A stretch of DNA of 63,408 nt, the filler included. It is 5 parts of 5 records of this genome, joined end to end, with 100 filler letters (N's around TTAATTAATTAA, not from the genome) between each part and the next. Parts side by side here need not be neighbours in the genome. Positions count along the whole stretch, not along the records: positions 53,953 to 63,408 come from SRR31156797_9439; 4 more parts are not named here. One strand, written 5' to 3'. Below are positions 61,201 to 63,408 of this stretch, piece after piece. Positions within the stretch are counted from its first letter, which is position 1; every line of letters starts with the position of its first letter. The position numbers were made by a program, and so were the translations under genes. The notes beneath the pieces are model-generated. The model was given only the letters and a program-made list of their open reading frames with translations, made no database searches and was not told the origin of the DNA.

Positions 61201-63245
61201 TTTGTTCCAGGCTTTAAAGCATCTTCTTTTCCACCTCCAACTAATCGACCTTCCTTTCCGCCATAAAAACATCTATAAGTCGGCATTTTAAAGAATTTTG
61301 CAGCATCATTATTACTGAACGACTGAACCCCATCGGCTTCATAATGGAAACATGCTCTAAATCCTCTCGGAATAAAAACCGCTGCTGCACTTCTGTTGTT
61401 TTCAGGAAGAAGATTACTTATCGCTCTATCAATAGGCACTAACTTTTCACCAATATAACCACCAATTCCAGAATATTTTTCATATTTATAAAATTGTTCT
61501 AACTCTCCCCCTTTTAAATCAACAGTAGTTCTATCGTTTCCATCAACCCATGACCACATAACGGTCAAATTACTTCTCTGGAATTTCATAATTTTCGATT
61601 CAGAATCATATGTTATATTACTATTAGAGTTATATTTGGGGTGACTTTCTAAATTCTCAACAGTTTCATAAACAAATCTATCACTATTAGAGCTTACATC
61701 ATATCTTCTATTTTGGAAAACCCATGGGAGAAAAAGAGCATCAAAATTCTCAGCATCATCTGTTCCTGATTCACTCCATAAATCAACATTGTAAAAATTC
61801 TCCCAATTTGCCGAGGTTATTATTTCTGAATAAGCCGTATCATATTCATCAGTTAACTCCCTGTATTGATTTGGCTGAAAAATATCTGTTCCATCTGTAA
61901 ACCAACGGTCAAGATAATCTTCAATTAAAATATATATCTTGTTTTCAACTGTCACTTCGTTTCCTTCTTCATCAGTAATAGTTATAAATTTTACGGTAGC
62001 TCCCTCATTATTATTAATATCGTATACTCCATCAAAGTCAGATGCTTTAATAATACTCACAGCTTTTCCAAGTCTCCATAAGAATTCAGCAACGGCATGA
62101 GATGCCATAGTTGAAGCATAAGAACTACTTATAAAGTTTCTACCATAATTAAGACCGAAGTCATACACTTCAAAGTAATAGTCGCTAATATTTTCAAAAT
62201 CAACTGGAATTTCAACAATATTTTCAATATCGCTCCAGTTTGCAGTATCATCCACCTCCTCGCAGTTCCAATCCTTTGGTCCAAAATCGTCACCGTGACC
62301 AAATTTATTATAATTAGACGTTTCCATATTTAGGACTGCACCTATATTGATAACTTTGATTTCATTTCCATCTTTACCCAGAATAAGGTCCCCGCCTTCA
62401 TCCCTTAAATAACCTAAATATCTTAAATTATGCGCAAAACTGTCTTCGATTATGTGAAAAAGCTCTCCCATCAATATTTTTCTATAACTTATTGATTTTA
62501 TAAACTCATTAGCATTTCCCGAATCATGTTGATCAACATCAGTATAGCTTACAAATTTATTTTCGGGTTCATCATCACCGCTTGAGAAAGAAAGAAACAA
62601 AAGTTCATAAAAATACCTCTTAACATAATTTCTGAGAACTTCTATCTGATAATGCGGATTACTCCCGAAATTTCTATTATTAAGTTGTGCGTGCATAAGA
62701 GGGTACTGGGCTTCATTTGACAAGTCAATTTCATCACTTATCTGCATCTCTTCATTATTTGTAAGCCCAGCAAGAGTTACGCAAAGAGCAATTCCTGTAA
62801 CAGCATCAATTTCAGGTGTTGGACAAGGTAACCCTGTCGCCCAAACAGGAGCACAAATTACACATGCCCCGGTTGCATGACCATAAATTATAGCCAGATC
62901 ATGATTATTCATAGCTGAAAACCCATCAACTTCGGGGACATCATTATAACGCACTCCTCTTTTGACAGAAAAAAGAGAATCATCGTTAATATCACCACAA
63001 CTATTCACTGTTGTAACATCAAGAAACTCTCTCAAATAACTATCAATAAAATCGGCTCCCACTCCTTCACTCTGACATAAAAACTTAAAAGCATTCTCTG
63101 TGATCTCTTCATGCCTAGGATCTGTAGTTCTAACAGGACCTAAATCAGGAATATGAGAACCTTTCACGGTGTAATTCATCTCAAACCCTGACATTAACAA
63201 CGAATAAAATAAAACGAGAAAAACAAAAACTAACCTTTTCATCAC
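58203..63245 (-). CDS. 1680-aa secreted multidomain protein: Zn-PLC/Het-C-like N-terminus, TSP3 repeats, beta-propellers, C-terminal Myxococcus-type Cys-rich repeat
   Basis: Signal peptide; HEEIT..A, RYND, GELFHIIEDSFAH; DGDG..DNCP..NPGQ..GDACD; LVIVD-like strands; CGNGVVESGETCD; GGAGG RBS. Confidence 0.75.
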   Translation of the reverse strand: MMKRLVFVFLVLFYSLLMSGFEMNYTVKGSHIPDLGPVRTTDPRHEEITENAFKFLCQSEGVGADFIDSYLREFLDVTTVNSCGDINDDSLFSVKRGVRYNDVPEVDGFSAMNNHDLAIIYGHATGACVICAPVWATGLPCPTPEIDAVTGIALCVTLAGLTNNEEMQISDEIDLSNEAQYPLMHAQLNNRNFGSNPHYQIEVLRNYVKRYFYELLFLSFSSGDDEPENKFVSYTDVDQHDSGNANEFIKSISYRKILMGELFHIIEDSFAHNLRYLGYLRDEGGDLILGKDGNEIKVINIGAVLNMETSNYNKFGHGDDFGPKDWNCEEVDDTANWSDIENIVEIPVDFENISDYYFEVYDFGLNYGRNFISSSYASTMASHAVAEFLWRLGKAVSIIKASDFDGVYDINNNEGATVKFITITDEEGNEVTVENKIYILIEDYLDRWFTDGTDIFQPNQYRELTDEYDTAYSEIITSANWENFYNVDLWSESGTDDAENFDALFLPWVFQNRRYDVSSNSDRFVYETVENLESHPKYNSNSNITYDSESKIMKFQRSNLTVMWSWVDGNDRTTVDLKGGELEQFYKYEKYSGIGGYIGEKLVPIDRAISNLLPENNRSAAAVFIPRGFRACFHYEADGVQSFSNNDAAKFFKMPTYRCFYGGKEGRLVGGGKEDALKPGTKVYLYPIDPDGDGILIEKDNCPGVYNPGQENWNGDRKGDACDDWDGDGWKDDKDACPDARNEVSSSLKNFNCRGSNSDECLEARKVCDIDNDGRWDFENNENYEIDNYLFYSRGWWEKEGGTDVNIVNCNTSTFTEFCVGDQYMGETLYVSHNAGYFCRQDYEEESKSVSYFCYCGKTDFLHGKCDDDGGCGPSHAEPLEPWDTQNGRPTWLPVKDSTPANPVDWLTIENELSCKYGEKIKEIKFGYSWEYQNNPYLYSDLHDGNGESTVPKVESEEERDELINEIKVYPMIKLSQAASQIGQTYVPEAVKIVNRNYFSNNHQGHIRPEYNSGLKLADKMLNIKEVNEDKVDLIIVKSPWVRAQWIPGFPDWYWQMMSDYIGRRPWDGPMPWEAGVEEPIKNNLYETLMRPADFSKVKFDGEDVVIRPVHFGGDYNQIFDFNGKNAVYFSKNNEQRLAFSDISGVFKESQVVFNGVALRSPAVAVKGNEIFMASSVVSSNPFTSLEVITQNSLETTPERNTVFVKISFTANGAQMTVLEPLPSSPRYISLFEIGGKIYSFIMDLNGVGEILEYNESGQSWVVATSFNYQTKFSLNNMFVEGNTLYFTAPGVNNQNVLNSWDKENGIQEVSSLSINYDPSVKPFIYEGQIVLADLKDISGTGVKSWYLTESGFEETFIGISKSFGSDGPCLKIEGNNASGGRMIRGECRSFEQKIKRDIYFGETVKAVEGKGDLLVVATYSKIKIYNNENPESMALLYEKNVYGPVKDLEIIDNKLFAAVENGIDAVDLDTFSYSHKATYGTTGAVKEYKNNLYVGDGQGIKIVNPDTLDIVHQVNTSGDVKDIEIIGDTLYVLEWAGLKRYNAETLEIIPTSGFYFDGPEMVVSENRLYINKNGNVVRLDFNGENIIETQFVGDFVELRDSYTYLDETYFPDGTTLRVSSMEPVPAPACGNGVVESGETCDGNSVACTSLNGDYTGGTATCNSTCDGYNENNCEEDDGW

Positions 63246-63408
63246 ACGCCTCCCTTTAAAAAATTTTTATTACGAAAATATGTTGAAACATTTTAAACAA
63301 ATATGAAAGAACCAGGAAAATCGCTCTTAAAAAAGCATCTCTTTATAAAAAGAAAAGCTAAAATTGCACAAATTGATATTCATATATTTTTTTGTAAAGT
63401 TCTACTCA

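Overview
The window is not one locus. It is five unrelated contigs joined by four 100-nt artificial linkers (N44-TTAATTAATTAA-N44 at 26649-26748, 34905-35004, 44040-44139, 53853-53952), so nothing can be inferred across those joins. Contig 1 (1-26648, GC-richer, resembles an anaerobic Desulfobacterota) carries trpB2 and an 18-gene co-oriented GntR-led catabolic cluster: tungsten AOR module, ICL/PEP-mutase-family lyase, isochorismatase-family amidase, cyclic amidohydrolase, LeuCD-like hydratase with altered motifs, cytochrome b-ferredoxin fusion, PadB/C-like molybdoenzyme and a Liv-type ABC importer. It ends with a methylmalonyl-CoA epimerase, a CaiB CoA-transferase and a xanthine-dehydrogenase-family trio. 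Contig 2 (Bacteroidota) has ilvD-ilvB under a clear Ile/Leu/Val leader-peptide attenuator, plus HD, TMTC-like, CYTH and DUF3078-like genes. Contig 3 (very AT-rich) has nadABC preceded by a tandem hairpin repeat with an inverted core, plus topB, a CCG protein and ada. Contig 4 (Bacteroidota) has a LytS/LytTR pair, AhpD-like, DUF116-like, patatin and a large adhesin-like gene. Contig 5 has clpA-aat, a DMT remnant, and a 1680-aa secreted protein with a Zn-phospholipase C/Het-C-like N-terminus followed by a lipoprotein (candidate toxin-immunity pair). The best candidates for undescribed systems are the contig-1 catabolic operon, the contig-5 pair and the nadA leader. All family calls come from motif recognition by eye; no database search was run.
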